DNA of 63,113 nt, counting the filler, from Reclinomonas americana ATCC 50394 (taxonomy: Eukaryota): the NCBI GenBank assembly GCA_048213135.1. It is 7 parts of 5 records of this genome, joined end to end, with 100 filler letters (N's around TTAATTAATTAA, not from the genome) between each part and the next. Parts side by side here need not be neighbours in the genome. Positions count along the whole stretch, not along the records: positions 50,793 to 58,792 come from PS015658.1; positions 58,893 to 63,113 come from PS015658.1; 5 more parts are not named here. One strand, 5' to 3'. Under the pieces are notes generated by a model. The model did not search any database. It had not been told where the DNA came from and worked only from the letters and a program-made list of their open reading frames with translations. Below are positions 51,926 through 63,113 of this stretch, in pieces. Position 1 is the stretch's first letter. Each line of letters opens with the position of its first letter. The translations under genes were made by a program, and so were the position numbers.

Positions 51926-54900
51926 ATGGGCAATCTGTTCGCTCGAGTCGATGACTTTGACGACTATGTCAACTGCTGCGCTCAGTGTACCTGGGCTCGC
52001 CTTCCGACTGACTTACACGGGGAGGTACGCGTTGCTTGTGTCTTCTCTGCGGTTCTTGAGTGCTCACCACCACCTGCATGACCGCTACGACTTCGATTTC
52101 GAACATGCATCGACGCTGTTTGGACGCAGATTTTCTCGTATCTCGACCTGGAGGAGGACTTTCCGCGACTGTGGCGTGTATCTCGATACTTCTACGCCGT
52201 CTTGCTGATGAAGCTGCACACTGCGCGCTTGTCTGTGGAGCGCTTGCGCGGGTGCCGGAACCCGTCGATGGTCAAAAATCTACTCCGTTGCTTCACCGGC
52301 ATCCGAGAGTTGCAGATCCATGTCGGTGCTTCTGCAAATATGCGTACATTGCCGATGGAGATACGCGAGCTGGCTGCTGCGTCCCGCAACGCAGCCGTTT
52401 CACCCCGCCGTCTCAAACTGGTGGTGCAAGTGGATGCGTCATTGCTGGGACCAAGTGCTCCACATGCGTCGCTGCTCTTACGTGCATTGGAGCAGCGTGA
52501 TGGCCCGTCCTTGGTGGACATTCGACTCCAGTGGCCACATGCCCGGGACCGTCAGCGGACGACTGCCCATGGCCACATCGGCTCGCTGTTGACCGAGATT
52601 CTGTCGCATGCGCCGCGATCGTCGGAGAGTTGCGTCCTTCTCTGCATGTCTCTGATCATCAGTAATCGCAACTTCCTTCTCACGAGGATGCCAACACAGT
52701 AAGCGGCGCAGGTGCTTCTCTGGAGCTCTCCGTGTTCGGCCCGGAATCTGGATCGGGATCGGCAAGTACAATTGCTGAAGAAGACGAAGAAAGAAACGCA
52801 GCCATGCATCGTCTGCGGACGCTAGTCGTGCACCAATTACTCCATCACTTTGACTTGCATCCGGAGCGCGAGGCAGTTGTTCTGCACGCATTGCAGAGTG
52901 GTGCGTTATCATTTTCTACACAAGAGAGTACTACACGTTGCTTCTCTTATATTTGTTGGCGACCGCACAGTGTTCGACCGCCGTGGCAGAGTCATCGATG
53001 AGACGCTGATGCGCGTGCTGTGCGACCTCGACTGCGCCAGCACCCGGACCCATCGCCGCGATCGTGAGAGCGATGTCGAACTGCCGTACACGACGACGGC
53101 TGTTGCACCGTCAACTCTCGAACAGCTGCTCAAGCAGGCATGCACTCGTGGCGCCTGTTTTGTCGGGGCGGCGTCCAACCAATCTCTCCAAATACTGATC
53201 CAAGCGCTCAAGTGTTGCGTACGCTGCACAGCGTGTAATTACACTCATCAGTCCCGTTCTTACATGTTGTCAATGCAATCAATCATCAGGGCTCCCCAGC
53301 ATCGCATCGACGATGCTATCGCTTCCAGTGGGTCTGGAACTTGTGCACGGAGCCATCAACGCCGTCTGCAACACCGACACGCATCAGCTGACGATGGCGG
53401 ATCAGCAGCGCGTCGATGAGTTTGTCCGTCGATGGCTGCGCGCCGTCCACCGTGAGAGTTGCTCACTCCGTGAGCTGACCCATGCGGTGTCCACGTTGAC
53501 GATGGCGTGTGCTCGGAGCCTCCGTGCATCTGGTGATCGCCATCTGCCGACGCTGCTGAGCCTGCTTCTCGACGAACTCGGCGGAGCTCCAGCGCAGGCT
53601 CGCAACCTTCCGAGCCCCGAGGCCCAGTCTGCGTGGATCGACGGCATGATGCACATTATCCTGGACACGCACAGCACGACAATGTGGAAGTCAACAGCGA
53701 AATCAGCACTGATCCGTTTCTGCGGAGTTCCCGTCCCACAAGCGGCACTGCAGGCTCACAGCAACTTGATCCGGGCGAGCTGCAACGGACAAGAGCTTGA
53801 GCTCCAAGTTCTCCGACAACTACACTTGCTGGTGTCGTGTTGCGTACAAGCGCTGCGACAATGTGTTTCATAGTCATCGCACTTCTCATCTCGCATGCAG
53901 GCGCTCCGAGCTTGTTGGTGCCCATGTGCATTACAGCACAGGCCCAAGACAGCAGCCTCATTCCGCTCATACTTGCGCGTGGCCTGGCGCGCGAACAGCA
54001 CGCCTTCAGTGACGAGTGTGCCAGTGTTGCACAAGACTTGGCGTGCATCATGATAGATGCCCTAACCGACGCTGGAGGCAGGGTGGCTGTGGAGAACTCA
54101 GACGTCCTGACGCAACTTCTTCGAGGAGTCGTGGAATTCCTTGTCGAGCAGTGCCATGCGCAGCATCACATCCGCCCGCCGTTGCGCGATTGCCTCTTGC
54201 GCGTCAGCGATCCAGCCATTGTCAGCGCGCTGGAGATCGACCGTCAGCTGGCATGGGTCACCATCATGCAGCGGTGCATTGTTGACACGGAAAGTTTTGC
54301 ACCGAGAGCAGCGGAGCGACTCACCGAGTACATTAATCGCAATCCCCAGCCGTCTGGGCCGTTGCTGGATGCGCTCTACGAGTCCTCCTGGATTGGCAGC
54401 CTGTTCCTCGGCGAGCTGGCATGTCTGCAGAGTCTGGAGTGCCAGCGGCGGCGCTTGCACTTGCTGACGGCGCTGGTGAGGGCGTACGAATATCGACTGA
54501 GTTTCGTCAGCCTCTCCCCTGTCACACTGACATTGCAACGCGGTGTCGACGCAACCGTTCGGATGCTGTATCCACTGGCTTCGAATTCCGGCAGCGACGC
54601 CATCTGCACGCACCGTGAGCTCGTCGAGCTGCTGTTGGTGTCACAGTATGTGTTTACGGATACTTCCAAGTGGGCGTCGTTGATGTTGAAGACTGTTGAG
54701 GAGGACTGCTCGAGCTTCCAATGCAGTCTTGCGTTCACCGCTCTCCACGTTGCACTGGCGAGCTACGACCGGGACGACTACGATGAGGACTTCCTTGTTC
54801 GGCTTACGTACGGACTGCAGACTGCCTGTGGTGCGCGTGAATCAGCGCAGCGATGGTTACGGTAGACACGTCGAACTCACCTTCTTGTCTCTGCGGTTTC

Positions 54901-55573
54901 GCAGCCTCATCTCGTCTGGATCTGCAACTCGTGCTGGACTACGTCCACGAACCACTGAGCTCCATGTTGCGCGCCATCTGGGACACTGATCGAGTCTCGC
55001 CGCGAGGTAAGTGTCACACAAAGCATGAGCACCGAGAGAATACTCACTCACCATTGACTATTGTACCGAGCAGTTCGATACACCCTGTGGCCACTGGTGC
55101 ATCGTATCCTCAACCCTGCCGGAGGTCGACAAGACGTGGTCAGTGACTACCTGCTGATGGATGTCGGTTTCGGGTTCGGCAACCGGAGTGTGGCAGAACT
55201 CCTCCTCGACGCTCGACAACGTGAGCTGGAGCACCTCGATCAGCCAATCACGGAATCGGCCGATCCGGATGTACTTGCCGCCATAGTCTCGTTGCCACTC
55301 GATTTCCCAGATCAGCAGGACGAGGAGGCGGATAATGGCCTGCAGCTAGCGATCGCCCAATCGATGAGAGCAATGTCCACTTCTCGCGTGGCGGAGGACG
55401 AAGACGACGGCGAAGTCGAGTTTGTACTTGACGACACCGACGATGAAGAGGAGGAGGAAGAGGAGGAGGAGGATGACGATGGGGAAGAGGAGGAGGAGGA
55501 GGAGGACGAGGAGGAGGGGGAGGAGCGAGTTGTCAAGTACGCCATGAGTACCCGAAGCATATTCGTTGAATGA
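51926..55573 (+). CDS. F-box protein with helical region, UIM-like motif and acidic tail (paralog 2)
   Basis: MGNLF...WARLPTDLHGE|IFSYLDLEEDFPRLWRVSRYF (F-box). Shares CSL(A/G)F.ALH.AL and DL.LV.DYV with paralog 1. Ends with EEADNGLQLAIAQSM and poly-E. Confidence 0.75.
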
Positions 55574-56180
55574 CCGCCAGTTACACTGTAAACAAATAAC
55601 TGGTCATGGTGTGAGGAGGGCTGGAGTGAACGCCACGAAAGCTCAACGCACCTTGCGGCAGGCTTCTTAAGTGCAGCGCATGCAGAAGCAGCGATGAACA
55701 CAGAAGTCAAGAAGGAGACGAAGCAGTCGGAGGCGACGGTGGAAGAAGAAGAAGGAGGAAGAGGAGGAGAATAAAACGACAACACCGACAACAACAGCAG
55801 CAGCAGCAACAACAACAACAATTGCAGCAGCAGCACAGCGCACGTACCCGCTCAGATTTGTCGGGTTGTCGGATTTTGACAAGTCCTGCTAACACTTTGG
55901 TTCCTCACAGCGCGACCTCTGGTCCAATCGTAGGACCCGGAGTTACAGAGATATCTGTCAGACACTGTCGGATTGCAATTGGACGTGTCCAGTTGCGACG
56001 TCGATCGATTCAGGTCGGGTTTCGATGTTGGCGACACGTCCATGCAGAGGGGTCTATTTTCAGCGCCGCAGTGCCGAAACCTGCCAGCGACGGTCGAACT
56101 CGACCGCCAATTCACTATAAAAGTTGCAGGCAATTGACGCACCTCACATTCTTCTTTTCACCTCCTTTCTGTGAGCAAGG

Positions 56181-57702
56181 ATGAGCAAGCGCGCCCGGCA
56201 GATCGAGCTGGATACCGAGGACCACGACGAGAGTGAGCCGCCACTCAAGCGTTCCAAGGTATCCACTCACCGCTCTATCCACGCGTCTGCATGTGAACTG
56301 ACGTCGAGCTTGGGCGCCAGTCGGACTCGTCAATTCCGGAAGTCGAGAAACTTCTCAAACGCCTCGAACAGTGCTACGCCAATTGCAAACCTCACGTACG
56401 CCAGCCGCTTCTCGATCGCCTTTTGCACGCCAGCGATCCAGCCATTGTCAGCGCGCTGGAGATCGACAGTCAGCTGGCATGGGTCACTATCATGCAGCGA
56501 TGCATGCTTGTTGCGGCAAACATGGCACCGAAAGCAGCGGAGAGACTCACCGAGTACATTAATCGCAATCCCCATCCGTCTGGGCCGTTGCTGGCTGCGC
56601 TCTACGAGTCCTCCTGGATTGACAGCCTGTTTCTCGGCAAGCTCGGAGGTCTCCCAATCAAGTGCCAATGGCTTCGCTTGCAGCTGTTGACAGAGCTGGT
56701 GAAGGCAAACGGATATCTACTGAGTTTCGTCAGCTGGCAGCATCGCACTGATCCGTAGTTGTACTCACATGCCGGTCATTGCTCAGAGAGTGATACAGTG
56801 CAGCGCGGTGTTGACGCAATCATTCAGCTGCTGTATCCGCTGGCCTCCGGTAGCGACGCCATCTGCACGCACCGTGAGCTCGTCGAGCTGCTGTTGGCGT
56901 CACAGTATCTGTTTGCTGATACTTCCAAGTGGGCGTCGTTGATGTTGAAGACTGACAAGAAGAATAGCTCGCGATTGAGCTTCCAGTGCAGTCTGGCGTT
57001 CACCGCTCTCCACGCTGCACTGGCGAGCTGCGGTCGGGACGACTACGATGAGGACTATCTTGTACGGCTTACGTACGGACTGCAAACTGCTTGTGGGATC
57101 GCTTGTGGTGCGTGCACATCAGCGTAGCGGTAGATGTTGAAGTACTCACCTTCGTCGATTTCACAGAGTCATCACATCTGGATCTGCAACTCGTGCTGGA
57201 CTACGTCCACGTACCGCTAAACTCCATGTTGCGCGCCATCTGGGAACCTCATCGAGTCTCGCCGCGAGGTAAGTCATTGAGCATCACTCGCAGCACAGAG
57301 AGATTGCTCACCATCAGACTATTGTTCCGTACAGTTCGATATCGCCTGTGGCCACTGGTGTATCGAATCCTCGCCCCTACCGGCAGGCGACCAGATGTAA
57401 TCAACAGATACCTTCACATGGATGTCAATTTCGATTGCGGCAACCGGAGCGCCGCAGAACTCCTCCTCAATGCTCGTCACCGCGAGCTGGAGCACCAAGA
57501 TCAGCCCATCGCGGAATCGGCCGATCCGGATGTACTTGCCGCCATAGTCTCGTTGCCGCTCGATTTCCCAGTTCCGCAAGAGGAGGAGGAGGCGGATGAT
57601 GCCCTGCAGCGGGTGATTCACCAGTCGTTCGAGACGCATATGCTATCCACTGCTCGCGTAAGAGGACGAGAAAGAGGAGCGAGTTATCAAGTGCGCCATT
57701 AG
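56181..57702 (+). CDS. Truncated duplicate of the paralog 2 C-terminal half with a new NLS-like N-terminus (paralog 3)
   Basis: Starts MSKRAR...PPLKRSK. Region ~56395-57760 is highly similar to ~54170-55605, including the 3' flank (tgaatgaccgccagttacactgtaaacaaataactgg). Confidence 0.65.
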
Positions 57703-57797
57703 TACCCGAAGCATATGCGTTGAATGACCGCCAGTTACACTGTAAACAAATAACTGGTTTGGTACACGCGCATGTGTTTGTAGGCACCTTTCATCTC

Positions 57798-58792
57798 TTA
57801 TGCCGATGGTGGCGACGTGGTAGTCGTCGGAGGTGGTGTCGGCACAGAGGCTGCCTCTTGAGCTGGTGGACCGTCGTAAGTTTGCAGTCCACCACGGCGC
57901 TTGCTTTGTGGTTCAATCAGCCATCTGCCGCGGTGTACAACGGATGTGAGCAACTGAGAGGGAGAAGGAGAGGGAAGGAGAGGGGAGAGGGGAGAGGGGA
58001 GAGGGGAGAGGAGAGAGAAGAGAGAGAAAGAGACGGCGAGGGAAGAGGGAGAGGGAGAGGGAGAGCGGGAGGGAAGGCAAAGAGGGAAGGGAAAGAAGGA
58101 GACAGGGGAGGGAAAAAGGGGGAGAGGCAAAGGAGAGAAGAAGATATGAGCATGGCATTGGATATGAAACGGAAGGAGGGCGCACGCGCGAGAGATATGA
58201 GGAAGTACGACAGATGCAGCATGTTAACGCAAGGCAAGCGACAAAATCAGCGACGACGATCCATCAGAATGCTGTACCCATCTACGATGAAGCCGATCAA
58301 CTGCCCGCCCTTCTGCGCAACTTGAGCGTCTCCTCCGACACCACGAGGCAGATACCGGTGCCGACCGACAATCGGAACATTTTGATTGACAGGCCGCTAA
58401 ATAGTGCTCGATATCCGTCCTCTTTGATAGTGTTTCTGAATGCCTGTGCACAAGTTGCATGTCACTATCACCAACATCGTCACACTAACTGCTTTTTTTC
58501 TTGAGACACACAATGGAACGCACCTTGCTGAAGCTGCTGTACTGCTCCTTACCCGACTGCATGCGACTCTTGATGACATCGAATGGACTGCCCAGAATCG
58601 CCGCGGGTATGCCGGCCGCCACACCGCTCACCAGCTTGTAGAATCCCTTCAGATTCTGCAGAAATCGAAGACACAACTCAGTGCACAATGTCGTGCGGGG
58701 CCAGCCGTGCGGAGCACGTAACATCACCGGTGCGCGACCACCTGCTCTTCAGATACTCGTATGTGGCAAACACCGTGGCGCCGTAGACAGTT
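57798..58792 (-). CDS. Mitochondrial carrier family (SLC25) protein, 3' part
   Basis: FATYEYLK, SGVAAGIPAAILGSPFDVIKSRMQ (Px[DE]xxK signature) and IKEDGYRALFSGL. Last exon KWLIEPQ...SPPSA*. Confidence 0.88.
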
Positions 58793-58929
58793 NNNNNNNN
58801 NNNNNNNNNNNNNNNNNNNNNNNNNNNNNNNNNNNNTTAATTAATTAANNNNNNNNNNNNNNNNNNNNNNNNNNNNNNNNNNNNNNNNNNNNGAGAGAGA
58901 GAGAGAGAGAGAAGCAACAAACGTAGTGT

Positions 58930-60099
58930 TCAGAAGTCGGGCACGGTGACGGAGAGACTCATAGCCCCTGTTGAGGTACGTCTGGGTGGAGAGGAACAAC
59001 GGCTGCAGCATCGCATGCGAGGCGAAGGCAGAGGAGAAGAGGAAGCAGCAGAAGCAAAAGAAAGAGAGTAAGAAGGAAGATGAAGAAGAACGAAGGGTGC
59101 AGAATCGTTTCCTATGAGAGGAGGCGGAGGAAAAGGAGTAGAGGAAGGTAGTAGAAGCAGAAGAAGAAAGGACGACCAACAAAACAAGAGGGAATGGAAG
59201 AGGAAGAGGAGCAAGAGAAGGAAGGTGAATAAGAACGAAGGCAGCAGAATAGTTTTCCTCTGAAAAGGGGGGGGGGCGTGGAGGAAGAGGAGGGGAGGAA
59301 GAAAAAGAAGATGGAGAAGAAAGAGAAAAAGAAAAGAAGGGAACTGCAAGGAGAAGAAGCAGAACAACAACAAAAGGGAGGAGAAGGAGAAAAACAAAGG
59401 CACGTGTGCCTGCAGAGTTGCCTGCCATGGTCTTCAACATGCCGAATGCTCAAGAGACGCAACNNNNNNNNNNNNNNNNNNNNNNNNNNNNNNNNNNNNN
59501 NNNNNNNNNNNNNNNNNNNNNNNNNNNNNNNNNNNNNNNNNNNNNNNNNNNNNNNNNNNNNNNNNNNNNNNNNNNNNNNNNNNNNNNNNNNNNNNNNNNN
59601 NNNNNNNNNNNNNNNNNNNNNNNNNNNNNNNNNNNNNNNNNNNNNNNNNNNNNNNNNNNNNNNNNNNNNNNNNNTCGGAGAGCACCGGCAGTCGGCTTGA
59701 GAGCGCACATGAATCCGCTAGTGACCACCAACATTACTGCAATAATAAAGTGGACCTCTCGCAGGTTGTTGGCCACCTAAACAACAAAGAAACAAGAGTA
59801 AGACACAAGTGAGACTGCATGTGCGGAAGAATTATGAAACGATTTTGCATGAGCGCGCGAACCTCCTCGCTCAACGGATGCGCGAATCCGTGATGGTTGT
59901 TGAAGGCGGGGTCAACAAGGCGATGCACGCCTGTTCATTAGAGTGTGTGTGTGAGAGAGAGAAAGAGTGGGAAACCACTAGTTTTGAGTGCGTGCACAAA
60001 CTGTTTGTGCGTTTGTTTGCTCATGTGTGCGTGTGCGTGCGTACCTGCGACGAGGTAGAACAGCGAGAGGAACTTGATGACGAAACCGCCAAGGCTCAT
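58930..60099 (-). CDS. Small multi-TM protein of unknown family, copy A (3' end lost in gaps)
   Basis: MSLGGFVIKFLSLFYLVA|G...HPLSEE|VANNLREVHFIIAVMLVVTSGFMCALKPT, paralogous to copy B. The 3' coordinate is approximate. Confidence 0.55.
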
Positions 60100-60474
60100 G
60101 ATCAATGACGAACGTGAATCTGATGTGCAGGACGTGTGGCGAAGGCGACTGTCAAGCTACGTAAAGAAGCATTCACGTTCCTTTCCTGGTTCACAGCAGG
60201 TGGCGTTTTGTACCCTGGGGTGTCGCGGCTGATCGACTTCGAGATTGTGTGCAAAATCTGCAAACTGCGTCGCCACCGAGCAACGCAGTACCTTTAAATT
60301 TCCCGACCTTTCCCCCGTGATCAACTCGTTGAATAAGCTTCGACTTCGTTATGTTAACGGGATAGAGCTGGGCTTGGAAGCTGTACGTGCGTGCACTGGC
60401 GCGTTGACGGGATTCTTAATTGAGGTCAGCGACACAAGGCAAGAGGAGAACAGCGCTGCAGCTATTGGAATTGT

Positions 60475-60966
60475 TCAGGGGCTGTGAGAGCGCTTGCCCG
60501 AGGCACCACCAGCAGCGGCACTCGACGACTTGCCCTCCGAGGAGGGAGCGCGAGCGGCGGCCACAAACGCCAGCAGGCCCAGGACGACGAGGATTCCGCC
60601 GTGGATCTGCATCGCCATGAGTGGCCACAGAAGAAGAAGAAGACGTGCCGGGAGAAAATGGGCGCACCTCGGCAGTGTGAACCTTCACGAAGCCAGTGTA
60701 TGCCAGGTAGCCCCATCGAGCAGCCAGAGCGAGCACTCCCATGCCCACGGCCTGCGAAATGAGAGTGGTGGCGGCGAGAAGACAGTAAGAAGAACAACCT
60801 CAGCAGAAAAGACGATGCGCGTGGGAGAAAGAGAGAGAACACAAAAGCACGAGTGTTTGCCGAGGAGGGAGCCTGAACACTTGCAGTACAAAAGTGAGGA
60901 AAGGAAGTGAATGAGGAGGAGGAGAAGGCTGAGGAGGAGGTGGAGGAGGAGGAGGAGTGAAAGGAG

Positions 60967-61049
<83 letters not shown>

Positions 61050-61734
61050 GAAGAAGAAGAAGAAGAAGAAGAAGAAGAAGAGAGAGAGAGAGAGAGAGAG
61101 AAGAAGAAGAAGAAGAAGAAGAAGAAGAAGAAGAGAGAGAGAGNNNNNNNNNNNNNNNNNNNNNNNNNNNNNNNNNNNNNNNNNNNNNNNNNNNNNNNNN
61201 NNNNNNNNNNNNNNNNNNNNNNNNNNNNNNNNNNNNNNNNNNNNNNNNNNNNNNNNNNNNNNNNNNNNNNNNNNNNNNNNNNNNNNNNNNNNNNNNNNNN
61301 NNNNNNNNNNNNNNNNNNNNNNNNNNNNNNNNNNNNNNNNNNNNNNNNNNNNNNNNNNNNNNNNNNNNNNNNNNNNNNNNNNNNNNNNNNNNNNNNNNNN
61401 NNNNNNNNNNNNNNNNNNNNNNNNNNNNNNNNNNNNNNNNNNNNNNNNNNNNNNGAGGAAGAAGAAGAAGAAGATGATGATGAAGAAGAAGAACAAGAAG
61501 AATAAGATGAACAAGAAGAAGAAGAAGATAAACAAGGAGAAGAGGGGCAACGAGAAGAAGGGGAATAATGAGACAAGGTACGTTGTGCCTGCAAAGGCCT
61601 GCAGAGTCACGATTCCTGAGCGCACGCAACTCGGAGTGCATGTGCAGTGGGCTTGATGGCGCACACAAACCCACTCAAGCACAGCGCCATGATGGCGATC
61701 ATAAAGTGCAAGTCCCACAGGTTGGAGGCCGCCT

Positions 61735-61769
<35 letters not shown>

Positions 61770-62024
61770 GAACAATGTGCGCTGCGGAAGAATCATGAAC
61801 GATTTTGCGCTGGTGATTCGCGCGCGCACCTCCTCGCTCAACTCAATCGCGTATCCATGGTAGTTGTCGTAGGTGGGGAAGGCAAGGCGAGAAGCGCCTG
61901 TGCATTGAGTGAGAGAGAGAGAACGGCCATTGCACGCTCCTCTGCACGCGTCTTTGTGGCGAGTTATACCTGAGAGGAAGAAGAGCAGAGAGACGGACTT
62001 GATGACGATGCTGCCGAGGCTCAT
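60475..62024 (-). CDS. Small multi-TM protein of unknown family, copy B
   Basis: MSLGSIVIKSVSLLFFLS|G...IELSEE|AASNLWDLHFMIAIMALCLSGFVCAIKPT...AVGMGVLALAARWGYLAY...TAE|IHGGILVVLGLLAF...GKRSHSP*. Confidence 0.65.
60967..61143. repeat. Compound (AAC)n(AAG)n(AG)n microsatellite, intronic
   Basis: Direct reading; it ends at an assembly gap. Confidence 0.95.
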
Positions 62025-62480
62025 GGCGACTGAAGAAAAATGGACACACAGGACCGGTTTGTCCGTGTCTTATGCATGCAAGCGAGAGAGGAGTCTGCAC
62101 AGGAGTAAATGCAGTACTCGTGGCCTTCTTTCCAACGCTGCAAGTTGCGTTCTGTATCTGGGAATTCCTGGGAATTCAACTTCGGATTTCATGGCAAAGC
62201 TCGAAGCCTCTCACGGTCGATTGCACACTTCGTTGTGAGGTATGAGGTGGACTCGTGGTTCTCCTTCCAGTGCTGCATGTTGCGTATTGCATCTAGGGAA
62301 TCGACTGCGGATTGGCGCTCGACGTCTCTCATGGGATTGGGTCAGCTTCGAATCCGTCTGCGATGCAGCCATTACAAACCTCGCCAGTTCTTCCGAATGG
62401 TGACGGGATTCTCGGCAAGTCTTCATTGACGTCAGTCACACGCAACGAGGCAAAGACTTGCGCGTACCGCTTGCTGCAGC

Positions 62481-62760
62481 TCAGGGGCTGCGAGAGCGCT
62501 TGCCCGACGAGCTGGCAGTGGAGGCCTTGCCCTCCGAGGAGGAGGAGGAGGCGCGACCCGAGGCCACAAACGACAGCAGAGCCAACACACCGAGGTAACC
62601 GCCGTGAATCTGCGGGTCATGATGATGAGCGCATCGACAAGGGGGGAGTAGTGAAGAGGACGAACGGGCGTACCTCGGCAGTGAGCAGATGCGCCAGGCC
62701 AATGTACGCCAGGTAGCCCCACAACGCGGCCGTGGCGAGCAGACCCATGCCGACGGCCTG
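62481..62760 (-). CDS. Small multi-TM protein of unknown family, copy C (last two exons; 5' part beyond window)
   Basis: AVGMGLLATAALWGYLAYIG...TAE|IHGGYLGVLALLSF...GKRSRSP*, with the same intron position as copy B. Confidence 0.65.
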
Positions 62761-63113
62761 AGGAGAGCCAGAGTGAAGACTTAAGCACCGTGCGCATGCA
62801 GAGCCGTCGTCATGACAAGTATCAGAAGAGAGAAACGAATGGGAATGGAGAGCACGCGATCTGGAACGCGCACGAGGAAGATCGTTTGCCAAGGTGAAAA
62901 GGAGCTGTATACCCTCCAAGGCATGTACAGAGAGAGAGAGACCGCGGGAATGCGCATGAGAAAGCTAGGGTCTTGCAAAGTCGAAAGGCTGGCGTACAAG
63001 TGCGTCTGCATCTCTCTCAGTGTGTGTGTGTGTGCGTGTGTGTTCGAGAGACAGAGAGAAAGAGAAATCGCATACTTTGCACTGTGAGGGCTTTTCTCTT
63101 GCCTTCTCTCTCC

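Overview
GC-rich, intron-dense eukaryotic (protist-like) draft genome scaffold with N-gaps, artificial N-TTAATTAATTAA-N contig linkers and microsatellite-filled introns. Most ORF-track entries are artefacts, so I rebuilt genes by splicing by hand. In order: RmlD/MAT2B-like reductase (+, with a U12-type AT-AC intron), RNA-ligase-like + polynucleotide kinase fusion (-), intronless WD40 (-), GT77-like glycosyltransferase (-), GlpT/SLC37-like MFS (+), Pro/Gln-rich protein (-), LOV-like PAS-ABCG fusion (+), katanin p80 C-terminus (-), lysyl-tRNA synthetase (+), UDP-glucose dehydrogenase 5' end (two inverted copies), a ~17.5 kb NHL-cadherin-PA14-FN3-REJ-GPS-polycystin-1-like receptor (+), three paralogous genes (two F-box/helical/UIM genes and a truncated copy, +), a mitochondrial carrier (-) and three tandem small membrane-protein genes (-). 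The most striking signal is in splicing: about 40 donors (roughly a quarter, by hand estimate) read GTT[G/T/A][C/A]G(T). This is the normal donor consensus shifted by one base, and it mostly follows exons that do not end in G. All calls are from manual reading, with no database searches.
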